NCBI GenBank assembly: GCA_046726415.1
Contig: JBKPAK010000083.1
Span: 1-11,573, forward strand
Source of the DNA: Candidatus Methylomirabilota bacterium
Lineage (GTDB): Bacteria > Methylomirabilota > Methylomirabilia > Rokubacteriales > CSP1-6
DNA length: 11,573 nucleotides
Reading direction: 5' to 3'
Each line of letters begins with the position of its first letter. The first letter of the stretch is position 1. Both the position numbers and the translations under genes were made by a program. Below the pieces are notes generated by a model that was not told where the DNA came from, searched no databases, and saw only the letters and a list, made by a program, of their open reading frames with translations. Below are positions 1-7,319 of the stretch, piece by piece.

Positions 1-376
1 TGCGCTCTACTCCGTGGAGCCGCACGTAGACCGCTCCGCCGACTACGTCAATGAGCTCCACGTCGATGCCGTGGTCGTGGAGGTGCCCGCGCACTGCGTC
101 GAGCGCCTCCTCGGCGACGAGCCGGCGATCCACCGCCAGCAGGTCGTACGACATCAGGAGGAGGCGGATGGCCGGATCGGAGGTCAGCCGGTTGATGAAG
201 GCCTCTCCGGCCATGCCTTGGATCGCCGCGACCAGACGCGTCAGCGCGGCGCGGTGGATTGCGTCGATGCCCTGGAGCAACGCTGTCACGCGAGCGCTGA
301 CGGCGGGATCGGAGTGCGACTCCAGGTCGGCGATGATCCGCCCGACCTCGTCGAGGAGATCGCGCTCCTGGCTCAC
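1..376 (-). CDS. NifU/NfuA-like domain protein (hydrogenase-associated Fe-S carrier-like), 3' end outside the window
   Basis: Not in the ORF track; translated by hand. GTG at 376-374 overlaps the protease TGA (GTGA) and the frame is open to the edge: MSQERDLLDEVGRIIADLESHSDPAVSARVTALLQGIDAIHRAALTRLVAAIQGMAGEAFINRLTSDPAIRLLLMSYDLLAVDRRLVAEEALDAVRGHLHDHGIDVELIDVVGGAVYVRLHGVER. The segment EEALDAVRGHLHDHGIDVELIDV..GAVYVRL.G matches the NifU_C pattern (EEALDxVRPxLxxHGGDVELVDVxxGxVxVRLxG). Confidence 0.8.
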   Translation of the reverse strand, partial: MSQERDLLDEVGRIIADLESHSDPAVSARVTALLQGIDAIHRAALTRLVAAIQGMAGEAFINRLTSDPAIRLLLMSYDLLAVDRRLVAEEALDAVRGHLHDHGIDVELIDVVGGAVYVRLHGVER

Positions 377-930
377 CGCGTCTTGACTCCGGTCTGGACC
401 GTGCCGCCAAGGGGGGCACGCGGCAAACGCGCGGCGGCGCCGTCGTCGCTGGCCAGTCTCACCACCAGATCGCACACCGCGTCAAAGCCTCGAGCCACCA
501 CGTCGCTGAACGCCTCGCCGAACTCGTGAATGGCCGGTTCGACTTCCACCACGACCACGTCGACGGGCAGGGCGCGGAAGTACCGTGCGACAATCAGAGT
601 GTTGTCGAGCGCGATGACGCCCGTCACCGCCTCGGCCACCGCGCGCTGGATCTCGTCGTTCCCGGGAAGCACGCCATCCCAGCGGTAGGCCGCCATCGTG
701 CCGGCTGACCGCCCTTCGCGCTCGACGCTCCCGACGACGACGGCTCGAGTGAAGCGCCGTTCCGGCGGCTCGTCCTCCAGCCACTGGACGACCGCGATGG
801 GGTTGTAGCTCAGATCCTCCACCACGATGTCACCGCTCCAGGTGCGAGTGGCCAGGCGGTCGGTCACGGCCACTCCGACGGAGTGATCGCGAAGGTTGCG
901 GTATCCCACGCCGGCCACCAGGACGCGCAC
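373..930 (-). CDS. Hydrogenase maturation endopeptidase-like protein (HybD/HyaD fold, degenerate active site)
   Basis: Likely GTG start at 930, 1 nt after the large-subunit stop (the ORF track start at 1209 overlaps the large subunit). N-terminus VRVLVAGVGYRNLRDHSVGVAV resembles the protease motif xLVxGxGNxLxxDDGxG. C-terminal VVVVEVEP...FGEAFSDVV resembles the family's 'v.v.g.eP....g..lS..v'. 185 aa. Confidence 0.8.
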   Translation of the reverse strand: MRVLVAGVGYRNLRDHSVGVAVTDRLATRTWSGDIVVEDLSYNPIAVVQWLEDEPPERRFTRAVVVGSVEREGRSAGTMAAYRWDGVLPGNDEIQRAVAEAVTGVIALDNTLIVARYFRALPVDVVVVEVEPAIHEFGEAFSDVVARGFDAVCDLVVRLASDDGAAARLPRAPLGGTVQTGVKTR

Positions 931-931
931 G

Positions 932-2839
932 CTACCCCGCGCCGTCCTCCGCGCCACAGGCGCAGGTGTTGACCTCACGGGTGATGACGCCGGCGTCCGT
1001 GTGGATGTGGGTCGTGCACGGCATGCACGGATCGAAGCTCCGGATCGCGCGGAGGACGTCGATGCCCTTGAACTGTCGCGGATCGTCCGTCTCCTCGAGG
1101 AGCGGAGTGTTGAGCACGGCCTCCTCGTAGGGCCCCGGCTGCCGCCAGCGATCGCTCGGGGAGGCATTCCAGGTCGAGGGCGTGAGGATCTGGTAGTTCG
1201 CCACCGCACCGCGGTCCAAGGTCAGGTGATGCGTCAGGTAGCCGCGCCCGGCCCCCCAGAACCCCACGCCCCGCTGCTCACCGCGCTTGGGAATCTCGAA
1301 GGGCGTGCTGGTCCGGGTGTCGCCGAGCTTCAGTCGAGCCATCGCCGCGAGCCAGTTGTTGAGGGCGACCAGCGCGGTGAAGCCCGTGCAGTACGCGCGG
1401 GCGCGGTTGCGCTCGAACGCGTTCCACACCGCGGGAACGCGCCACTCGACCTCGAGCTCCGGAAGGGCCCCCTTCGGCAACCGGAGCTTCAGGGACGTGC
1501 CCGTGGCCTCGATGAAGGGATTGTCGGGCAGCTTGCGCCCGGCCGCCGTGGTCCAGAGCCGGGCATAGGCGCCGGCTTCCATGGACTGGCGGTCCCAGCG
1601 GGGGGTGGTGTCCCAGGTGTACTTCTCCTTCCAGTTCTGGCCCTGGGGGCGAGGCTTGGTGACCTTGTTCCACGGGTGATAGGGCGAGAGCGGGTTGCCG
1701 ACCGGGTCGCTTGGGAAGCGCTGCCGCTGCCCGTGGCCCGCCCACTCCTCGTAATAGGACTGGTCAACGAACTCCTCGACGCCGATGTTCAGCGCGTGCA
1801 GGTTCGTGGTGACGAGTTCGCCCTCCATGATGACGCCGGGGGTTGCCCACCGGCGCTCTCCCCACGCGGCGGCATTGGCATAGGTCGCGTCGTAGGCGTC
1901 GGGATGGTCGAAGATGCCGCTGTCGATGAGGTTGGCACGGCGGCTCCCGACCTGCTTGTATGCGGGGTTCGCCTCGTAGAAGAACTCTGTCAGGTCGTCC
2001 CAGATCGCCGCCAGCTTCTTCGAGTAGTCGAAGAACTGGGCGAGCCGGGTGAACATCTCGTTCATGACGGTCAACGTGATCGTCGAGCTCATGCCGCCGG
2101 GGACGACGGTCTGCGGATGGGGGTACTTGCCGCAGATCAGCACGTAAGCCTCGCGTGCCACGCGGGTCATGTGCAGGGCCTCGAGGTAGAGCTTGCCGCT
2201 GAGCGGGTTCAGATCCTCCATCAGCTCGGCCATCGTCCGGAACCCGTGGATCTCGGCGTGCGGGGCTTCAGTCGACCGTGCGCGCCCCAGCAGCGATGGA
2301 TTGGTGGGGCCTACCATCGCCGCGGAGTAATCCGGTCCCGCCAGCAGGTGGAGATGGAGCGGATGATCGTAGAGAAACTCCAGCGCGAGGGCGAGGTTGC
2401 GGATGAGGACGCCAAGCGGAGGCGGCACACAGCCGATCGCCATCTCGATGGCCATCGCGGAGGTCACCGAATGGACGCCGCCACAGACACCGCAGGCCCG
2501 GCTCGTGATGTAGATCGCATCGCGCGGGTCGCGCCCGATCATGATGACCTCGTAGCCGCGGAAGAGCGTGGCGATCGAACGCGCTTCGAGGACCTTGCGC
2601 CCCTGAAAATCGGCCACCGTGTGAAAGGCCAGGGCCCCGGCGACGCGGGTCACGGGATCGAAGTCGAGAGACTTGATGTATCCGTTGCGAGCGAGCAGGT
2701 CCTCGATCCGCTCGGCGGTGAGCTGGGCCGGCGCGCCGCGCGGGATGGCGGTCGACGGCGCGTAGGGATCCGCAATGCCGGCGCGGAGGAACGGCTTGCC
2801 CTGCGCGTCGAACTCGATGGGAAGGTTCTTGAAGCACAT
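932..2839 (-). CDS. hylL: [NiFe]-hydrogenase large subunit, probably group 1l (Hyl)
   Basis: 635 aa. DPVTRVAG and FRGYE N-terminal motifs, L1 SRACGVCGGVH (2471-2503), HPLHLHLL, GKYPHP, AGRGYLTH, PSTWN, GPYEEA and L2 RSFDPCMPCTTH. RBS GAGGA upstream. The subgroup call rests on gene arrangement and on L1/L2 differing from group 1h (RICGICGDNH / DPCLPCGVH). Confidence 0.93.
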   Translation of the reverse strand: MCFKNLPIEFDAQGKPFLRAGIADPYAPSTAIPRGAPAQLTAERIEDLLARNGYIKSLDFDPVTRVAGALAFHTVADFQGRKVLEARSIATLFRGYEVIMIGRDPRDAIYITSRACGVCGGVHSVTSAMAIEMAIGCVPPPLGVLIRNLALALEFLYDHPLHLHLLAGPDYSAAMVGPTNPSLLGRARSTEAPHAEIHGFRTMAELMEDLNPLSGKLYLEALHMTRVAREAYVLICGKYPHPQTVVPGGMSSTITLTVMNEMFTRLAQFFDYSKKLAAIWDDLTEFFYEANPAYKQVGSRRANLIDSGIFDHPDAYDATYANAAAWGERRWATPGVIMEGELVTTNLHALNIGVEEFVDQSYYEEWAGHGQRQRFPSDPVGNPLSPYHPWNKVTKPRPQGQNWKEKYTWDTTPRWDRQSMEAGAYARLWTTAAGRKLPDNPFIEATGTSLKLRLPKGALPELEVEWRVPAVWNAFERNRARAYCTGFTALVALNNWLAAMARLKLGDTRTSTPFEIPKRGEQRGVGFWGAGRGYLTHHLTLDRGAVANYQILTPSTWNASPSDRWRQPGPYEEAVLNTPLLEETDDPRQFKGIDVLRAIRSFDPCMPCTTHIHTDAGVITREVNTCACGAEDGAG

Positions 2840-2854
2840 GGGATCCTCGCAGTC

Positions 2855-3118
2855 TCAGTGAAGCCCGAACACCCGAGCGGCCCGCCCGACGTGACTGTCG
2901 GCCGCTTCGAGACCGCCGAGCAGTGCCCCGAGCGCGCCGTTGATGATGGTGAGCTTCTGGGGCAGGGGGGCTGTGTGCCCCTGCACGAGCTCCAGCACGT
3001 CAGCGATCGCCGCGACGCTCCGCCGGGTGTCGAGGAGGGCCCAAGCGATGGCGATCAAGTAGCCGGCCAGAACGAGCACGACGGTGGCGACGGTGACCAG
3101 GGTGAGCGTCAGCAGCAT
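2855..3118 (-). CDS. Short single-pass membrane/coiled-coil protein (TM5 of 5)
   Basis: 87 aa. RBS GAGGAG. Hydrophobic N-terminus LLTLTLVTVATVVLVLAGYLIAIAWAL, followed by a heptad-like helix that aligns without gaps to TM3. Confidence 0.85.
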   Translation of the reverse strand: MLLTLTLVTVATVVLVLAGYLIAIAWALLDTRRSVAAIADVLELVQGHTAPLPQKLTIINGALGALLGGLEAADSHVGRAARVFGLH

Positions 3119-3128
3119 CGGCGGCTCC

Positions 3129-3437
3129 TCATTGGCACCGCTCCTCGAGCACGGTGGCCACCGTGTCGAGCTTCCGTTCGACGGCGCCGGCGGCGGTCAA
3201 CATGCCGCCCGCGACCTCGATCGTGGCGTTCAGCGCGGCGATGTTGGTCGTGTTGCGGGCGATGCCACCGGCCGCCTGGAGCGCCTCGGCGGCATAGCGC
3301 TGGATCGATCGAGCCGCACGCCAGGTGCGATGCAGGAGGTAGACGGCCAGAGGGACGAAGACGACCAGCGTGACCATCAAGCCGATCCACCAGATCGTGT
3401 AGACGGCTTGGGGAACGGCCGGGCCCGCCGGGCTCAT
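3129..3437 (-). CDS. Short single-pass membrane/coiled-coil protein (TM4 of 5)
   Basis: 102 aa. ATGA overlap with the TM3 stop. TM segment IWWIGLMVTLVVFVPLAVYLL, then ARSI...I..NT..I..L..T shared with TM1 and TM2. Confidence 0.85.
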   Translation of the reverse strand: MSPAGPAVPQAVYTIWWIGLMVTLVVFVPLAVYLLHRTWRAARSIQRYAAEALQAAGGIARNTTNIAALNATIEVAGGMLTAAGAVERKLDTVATVLEERCQ

Positions 3438-3742
3438 ATGCGACCCTGGCGGGAGACCGCCGCAATGAACGTCGCCAGGTTCGCGTCGATCGCCCTCAAG
3501 CCGTCGAGGATGTTGCTCAGGCCGCCGTTGAGCTTGGTCACGTAGGGGCCGAGGGCGTCGGTCTGCCGCTCGATGGCGCGAAGGCCAACACGGATCTTCG
3601 ACAGGTAGTTCACTGGCGCCACAAAGCGTGTCGCGGGGCCGCCGATGTCTTCGAGCTCCAGGGCGATGGCGCGCAAGAACAGCGCCAAGGCCACGAACAG
3701 GGCGGCGACGCCGACGACCGAGATGACGGTCAGCCCGACCAT
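3434..3742 (-). CDS. Short single-pass membrane/coiled-coil protein (TM3 of 5)
   Basis: Start placed at ATG 3742, 5 nt after the TM2 stop, rather than 3787; 102 aa. TM segment LTVISVVGVAALFVALALFL, then a heptad-like helix that aligns with TM5. Confidence 0.8.
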   Translation of the reverse strand: MVGLTVISVVGVAALFVALALFLRAIALELEDIGGPATRFVAPVNYLSKIRVGLRAIERQTDALGPYVTKLNGGLSNILDGLRAIDANLATFIAAVSRQGRI

Positions 3743-3747
3743 GACGT

Positions 3748-4080
3748 TTATCGCGACCGCTCCATGCCCAACACGCAGGCCGGACACCCCGGGCAGTGCT
3801 CGGCGTGCGCGATCAGGCGGGCGGAGGCGGCAACGATCCCCTTGGCGGAGTCCAAAATCTCGCCGGCAATGTGATTTGTCGTGTCAAGCAGGGCGATGTG
3901 GATCGTGTTGTTCGCGATCTGCTGTCCGACCGTCCAGATCGCGGACGCTCGCGATCGCACCTCCCGGGCCCCGCGAAGAATGAGCGTCAGCAGCGCGGCC
4001 ACGACCACGAGAACGACGGCGTACACGACAAGACTCACGACCCACATTTGCTGGATGGTGTCGGCGCCCACGTCAGTCAT
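3748..4080 (-). CDS. Short single-pass membrane/coiled-coil protein with C-terminal HxxHCxxCxxC (TM2 of 5)
   Basis: Start at ATG 4080 (ATGA overlap with the TM1 stop); 110 aa. TM segment WVVSLVVYAVVLVVVAALLTLIL. Ends LIAHAEHCPGCPACVLGMERSR. Confidence 0.85.
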   Translation of the reverse strand: MTDVGADTIQQMWVVSLVVYAVVLVVVAALLTLILRGAREVRSRASAIWTVGQQIANNTIHIALLDTTNHIAGEILDSAKGIVAASARLIAHAEHCPGCPACVLGMERSR

Positions 4081-4376
4081 GCTCTGCCGGCGGCGGCGTG
4101 GCTCTCGAGCGCCTCGACCAGCCTTCCGCACTTCGCCTCAATGGCGCGCACAGTGTCGAGCAGCTCTTCGGCCACTTCGTTGGTCGTCTCCAGCTCCCAG
4201 ATGGCTCGGGTGTTCGCGCGTATCGCCTCCGCCGCCCGGAGCGCGCGTGTCGCGTGGGCGACGATGCTTCGCGCGGTCAGCCAGATCGTGACGAGCAGGG
4301 CGGCGGCCACGAGGACGACCACGCCGGCCACGATCATCCAGAGCCGCCAGGCGGCCCAGAGCTCAGCGTCGGTCAT
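4077..4376 (-). CDS. Short single-pass membrane/coiled-coil protein (TM1 of 5)
   Basis: Start at ATG 4376 (MTDAELWAAW) with RBS GAGGA, overlapping the small-subunit end by 14 nt; 99 aa. TM segment LWMIVAGVVVLVAAALLVTIWL. Confidence 0.85.
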   Translation of the reverse strand: MTDAELWAAWRLWMIVAGVVVLVAAALLVTIWLTARSIVAHATRALRAAEAIRANTRAIWELETTNEVAEELLDTVRAIEAKCGRLVEALESHAAAGRA

Positions 4377-5667
4377 GGGTGTCCTCGCGGGCGGCGCTCT
4401 CATCGAGGTAGTCCCGGCGGGACCCGGGCCGATCGGCACCCCAGAAGCGTTCTTCTTCCCCGGGCGGCCGTCCCGGTTTCTTCGAACCCATCTGCTGCCA
4501 CTTGGTGTAGAAGAACTTCATGGCCCGGTCCGTTAGGGTCTGGGCCTGGACATGGGCCCATCCGCTCGGGACTTCTTGTAGCACGTCCCAGCGATGCTCG
4601 CGGTTCGCTTCGCGGTTCGACAGTCGCCGGAGCCGGCGCACGACGCCACCCACCCCCTTCGCCGCGAACGTCGAGAAGATCGCGCCCGGCGGAATCTTGT
4701 AGAACGGGCTGAACTTGTCCGGAAAGCCGGGCATCGTGCACCCGATGCAGATGCCCCCGGCCCGCATGCACCCGCCGATGTGGTTGATGGCGCCTCGCTG
4801 CACGATGTTGCAGTTGACGACGGGGCCCCAGCAGCCGATCTCCACCAGGCACTGCGGGTCGCCGTAGTGCTTGGCGAAGATGCCCTCCTCGTAGAACCCC
4901 GCTCGCGTGCAGCCCTGGTGCACGGTGTCGCGAAAGAGCCAGGCCGGCCGTCCCAGCTCGTCGAAGGTCGGCAGGGGCCCGAGCCCCTGCAGGAAGAGCA
5001 GCACGGCGAAGACGGTCTCCGTGAAGTTGTCGCCCTGCGGGGCGCACCCCGGGATGTTGATGACCGGGAGACCGAAAGCGCTCAGGTAGTCCTTGCCGAG
5101 GAAGTCCATGACGCTCATAGCGCCGGTGGGGTTGCCCTCGGCGGCCGGCACGCCGCCCCAGGTGGCGCACGTGCCAATCGCGATCGTCGCGGCGGCTCCC
5201 GAAGACAGGCGCCTCAGCCAGGTGGCCGTCGGCACCGGCCGATCGCCCTCCGTATCCGAGACGGTCTCGACGCCCATGGCACAGAAGTAGCCGCCTGTCC
5301 GCGCGGCAATACGCTCGTCGGGCACGGATCCCTCATAGACAACGACGTAGGGAGCACCTAGCTTGCCCTCGTATGCATCGCGGAACGACTTCACGAACTC
5401 CGCGCCCGCCTCGACGGACAGGACCGGATGATGAAGGATGACTTTCGGCATCGCGGGGACCGTTCCCGTCAGGAGCCCCTCGATGCCCGGATTGGTGGCC
5501 CCGGCCACCGAGATTGTGCAGCCGTCACAACTCATGCCGGCCAGCCAGTAGACGTGGATCGTCTTGAGGGGGCCCAGCGGAAGGTGTTGAACTCTCGGTT
5601 CCGGCTGCGTCTCGGGGATGGGCGGCTGCCCTCCCTCGATGACCTCGCGTTCCACCACGGTGGCCAT
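4363..5667 (-). CDS. hylS: [NiFe]-hydrogenase small subunit, probably group 1l (Hyl)
   Basis: 434 aa. RBS AAGGAG. Proximal ligands WLAGMSCDGC, YEGS, GTCATWGG, PGCAP; distal ligands TVHQGC...CL...GC; medial ligands NCN...GGC...GICIGC; PGFPD. No RRxFLK Tat peptide. Confidence 0.93.
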   Translation of the reverse strand: MATVVEREVIEGGQPPIPETQPEPRVQHLPLGPLKTIHVYWLAGMSCDGCTISVAGATNPGIEGLLTGTVPAMPKVILHHPVLSVEAGAEFVKSFRDAYEGKLGAPYVVVYEGSVPDERIAARTGGYFCAMGVETVSDTEGDRPVPTATWLRRLSSGAAATIAIGTCATWGGVPAAEGNPTGAMSVMDFLGKDYLSAFGLPVINIPGCAPQGDNFTETVFAVLLFLQGLGPLPTFDELGRPAWLFRDTVHQGCTRAGFYEEGIFAKHYGDPQCLVEIGCWGPVVNCNIVQRGAINHIGGCMRAGGICIGCTMPGFPDKFSPFYKIPPGAIFSTFAAKGVGGVVRRLRRLSNREANREHRWDVLQEVPSGWAHVQAQTLTDRAMKFFYTKWQQMGSKKPGRPPGEEERFWGADRPGSRRDYLDESAAREDTHDRR

Positions 5668-5686
5668 GGCTGGCTCCTTCGCTGCG

Positions 5687-6748
5687 CTAACAGATTCGCG
5701 GAAGCTGATCGCCCTGCAGCATGTCTACGATTCTCCGCCCGCCTACCCTGGTTCTCAGAACGATGAGGCAGGCCCCGTCCTCGACCACTTCACCCACCAC
5801 CCGCGCCTCGACGCCCTGCGGATGCTCGCGCATGGCTCCGATCACCCGGGCAGCATCCGCGCGCGCGACCACGGCCAGCAGTTTGCCCTCGTTGGCGACG
5901 TAGAGAGGGTCGAGACCGAGCAGTTCGCAGACTCCCCGCACGGGTTCGCGGACCGCGATGGCTTCCTCCTCGAGGACCATCCCGACGTGCGATCGCTGCG
6001 CGATCTCGTTCAGAGCGGTCGCCACGCCTCCGCGCGTGGGATCGCGCAGGCAGTGGATGTCGGCGCCGGTGGCCAGAATGGCCTGCGCGAGCCGGTGCAG
6101 GGGCGCGGTGTCGCTGGCGATGGGGGTCTCGAGCTCGAGCTCGGCGCGGGCCGCCATGATGGTCATTCCGTGGTCGGCGATAGCCCCACTCAGGATGACG
6201 ACATCGCCCGCCCGGGCGCGGTCCGCGGAGATGGGCTGGCCGTGCTCGACTACGCCGATTCCGGTCGTGGTAATGAAACAGCCATCCGCCTTACCCCGAT
6301 CAACGACCTTCGTGTCCCCCGCCACGAGGAGGACACCGGCGGCCTCCGCCGCCGCGCGCATCGACGTCACGATTCGCTGGAGGTCAGCGAGCGGGAACCC
6401 CTCCTCGAGAATGAAGGCGGCCGCGAGGTAGAGCGGCCGAGCCCCTGCCGTGGCGAGGTCGTTGATCGTGCCGTTGACGGCGAGCGTACCGATATCGCCC
6501 CCCGGGAAGAACAGCGGGGTGACGACGTAGGCGTCGGTGGTCAGAGCGAGGCGGGTGCCGCCGACACCCACCACCGCCTGATCGTCGAGCCTCTCCAGAT
6601 ACTCGTTGCGGAACGCGGGCAGGAAGCAGCGCGTGATCAGCTCGGCCGTCATCGTGCCGCCGCTTCCGTGACCCAGCATGATGCGGTCGGTGTCGCCGAG
6701 GGGCAGCGGACAGCTGAGGGTGAGTGGCATAGCGAGATCAGAGGACAT
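5687..6748 (-). CDS. hypE: Hydrogenase maturation carbamoyl dehydratase HypE
   Basis: GHGSGG, TTDAYVVTPLFFPGGDIG, NGTINDLA, GDTKVV, RDPTRGG, ANEGK and the C-terminal LPRIC with its terminal Cys. The start may be 6748 or 6730. Confidence 0.97.
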   Translation of the reverse strand: MSSDLAMPLTLSCPLPLGDTDRIMLGHGSGGTMTAELITRCFLPAFRNEYLERLDDQAVVGVGGTRLALTTDAYVVTPLFFPGGDIGTLAVNGTINDLATAGARPLYLAAAFILEEGFPLADLQRIVTSMRAAAEAAGVLLVAGDTKVVDRGKADGCFITTTGIGVVEHGQPISADRARAGDVVILSGAIADHGMTIMAARAELELETPIASDTAPLHRLAQAILATGADIHCLRDPTRGGVATALNEIAQRSHVGMVLEEEAIAVREPVRGVCELLGLDPLYVANEGKLLAVVARADAARVIGAMREHPQGVEARVVGEVVEDGACLIVLRTRVGGRRIVDMLQGDQLPRIC

Positions 6749-7319
6749 CGTCTTCCCCGAGCGCGACGTGAACCAGATCCCACACCACGTGATAGAGCGC
6801 GACGTGCGTCTCCTGGATGCGGTGAATGCTGAACGACGGCACGATGAAGCCGTGGTCGGCCAGGGCGGCCAGACGTCCCCCGTCCTTGCCGGTGAAGGCG
6901 ATGGTCAGCGCGCCTAGCTCACGCGCGACCTCCAGACCATGGACGAGGTTGGGGGACTGACCGCTCGTGCTGAGGGCCATGGCCATGTCGCCGGGCCGGG
7001 CCAGCAGACGCAGCTGATCGCCGAAGACCTTGGCGAAGTCGCGGTCGTTCGAGATCGCTGTGAGGAGCGCGTTGTCGGTGGTCAAGGCGATGGCCGGCAA
7101 CGGCCGGCGCTTCTCGAGGATGGGATGGCAGAACTCCACCGCGACGTGCTGGGCGTCCGTGGCGCCGCCCCCGTTGCCCATGACATAGAGCCGGCCGCCC
7201 TGCTGGAAGGAGACTGCCATGACGCGGACGAGGGCCTCGATCCGGTCCGCCTCCGCACGGAAGAATTGCTCCTTCACCTGGGCGCTTTCATGAGCCTTGC
7301 GAAGGATGGCAGACGTCAT
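6738..7319 (-). CDS. gmhA: GmhA-like SIS-domain protein (phosphoheptose isomerase family)
   Basis: 193 aa. [43 protein letters not shown] and RIQETH...H are GmhA/DiaA family motifs. ATGA overlap with hypD. The family call is solid; the actual function is uncertain. Confidence 0.88.
   Translation of the reverse strand: MTSAILRKAHESAQVKEQFFRAEADRIEALVRVMAVSFQQGGRLYVMGNGGGATDAQHVAVEFCHPILEKRRPLPAIALTTDNALLTAISNDRDFAKVFGDQLRLLARPGDMAMALSTSGQSPNLVHGLEVARELGALTIAFTGKDGGRLAALADHGFIVPSFSIHRIQETHVALYHVVWDLVHVALGEDDVL

Noticed and set aside
896-3373. 825-aa plus-strand ORF, and other long plus-strand ORFs such as 5618-6832, 7358-8770 and 9894-11186
   Set aside because: Antisense shadows of well-supported minus-strand genes, expected with high-GC codon bias. 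They show no recognisable motifs.
932-5667. Assignment to group 1h (Hhy) or to a [NiFeSe] enzyme
   Set aside because: The L1/L2 motifs and proximal CDGC differ from the group 1h patterns I recall, and the subunits are separated by five TM genes. L2 has Cys codons with no in-frame TGA.
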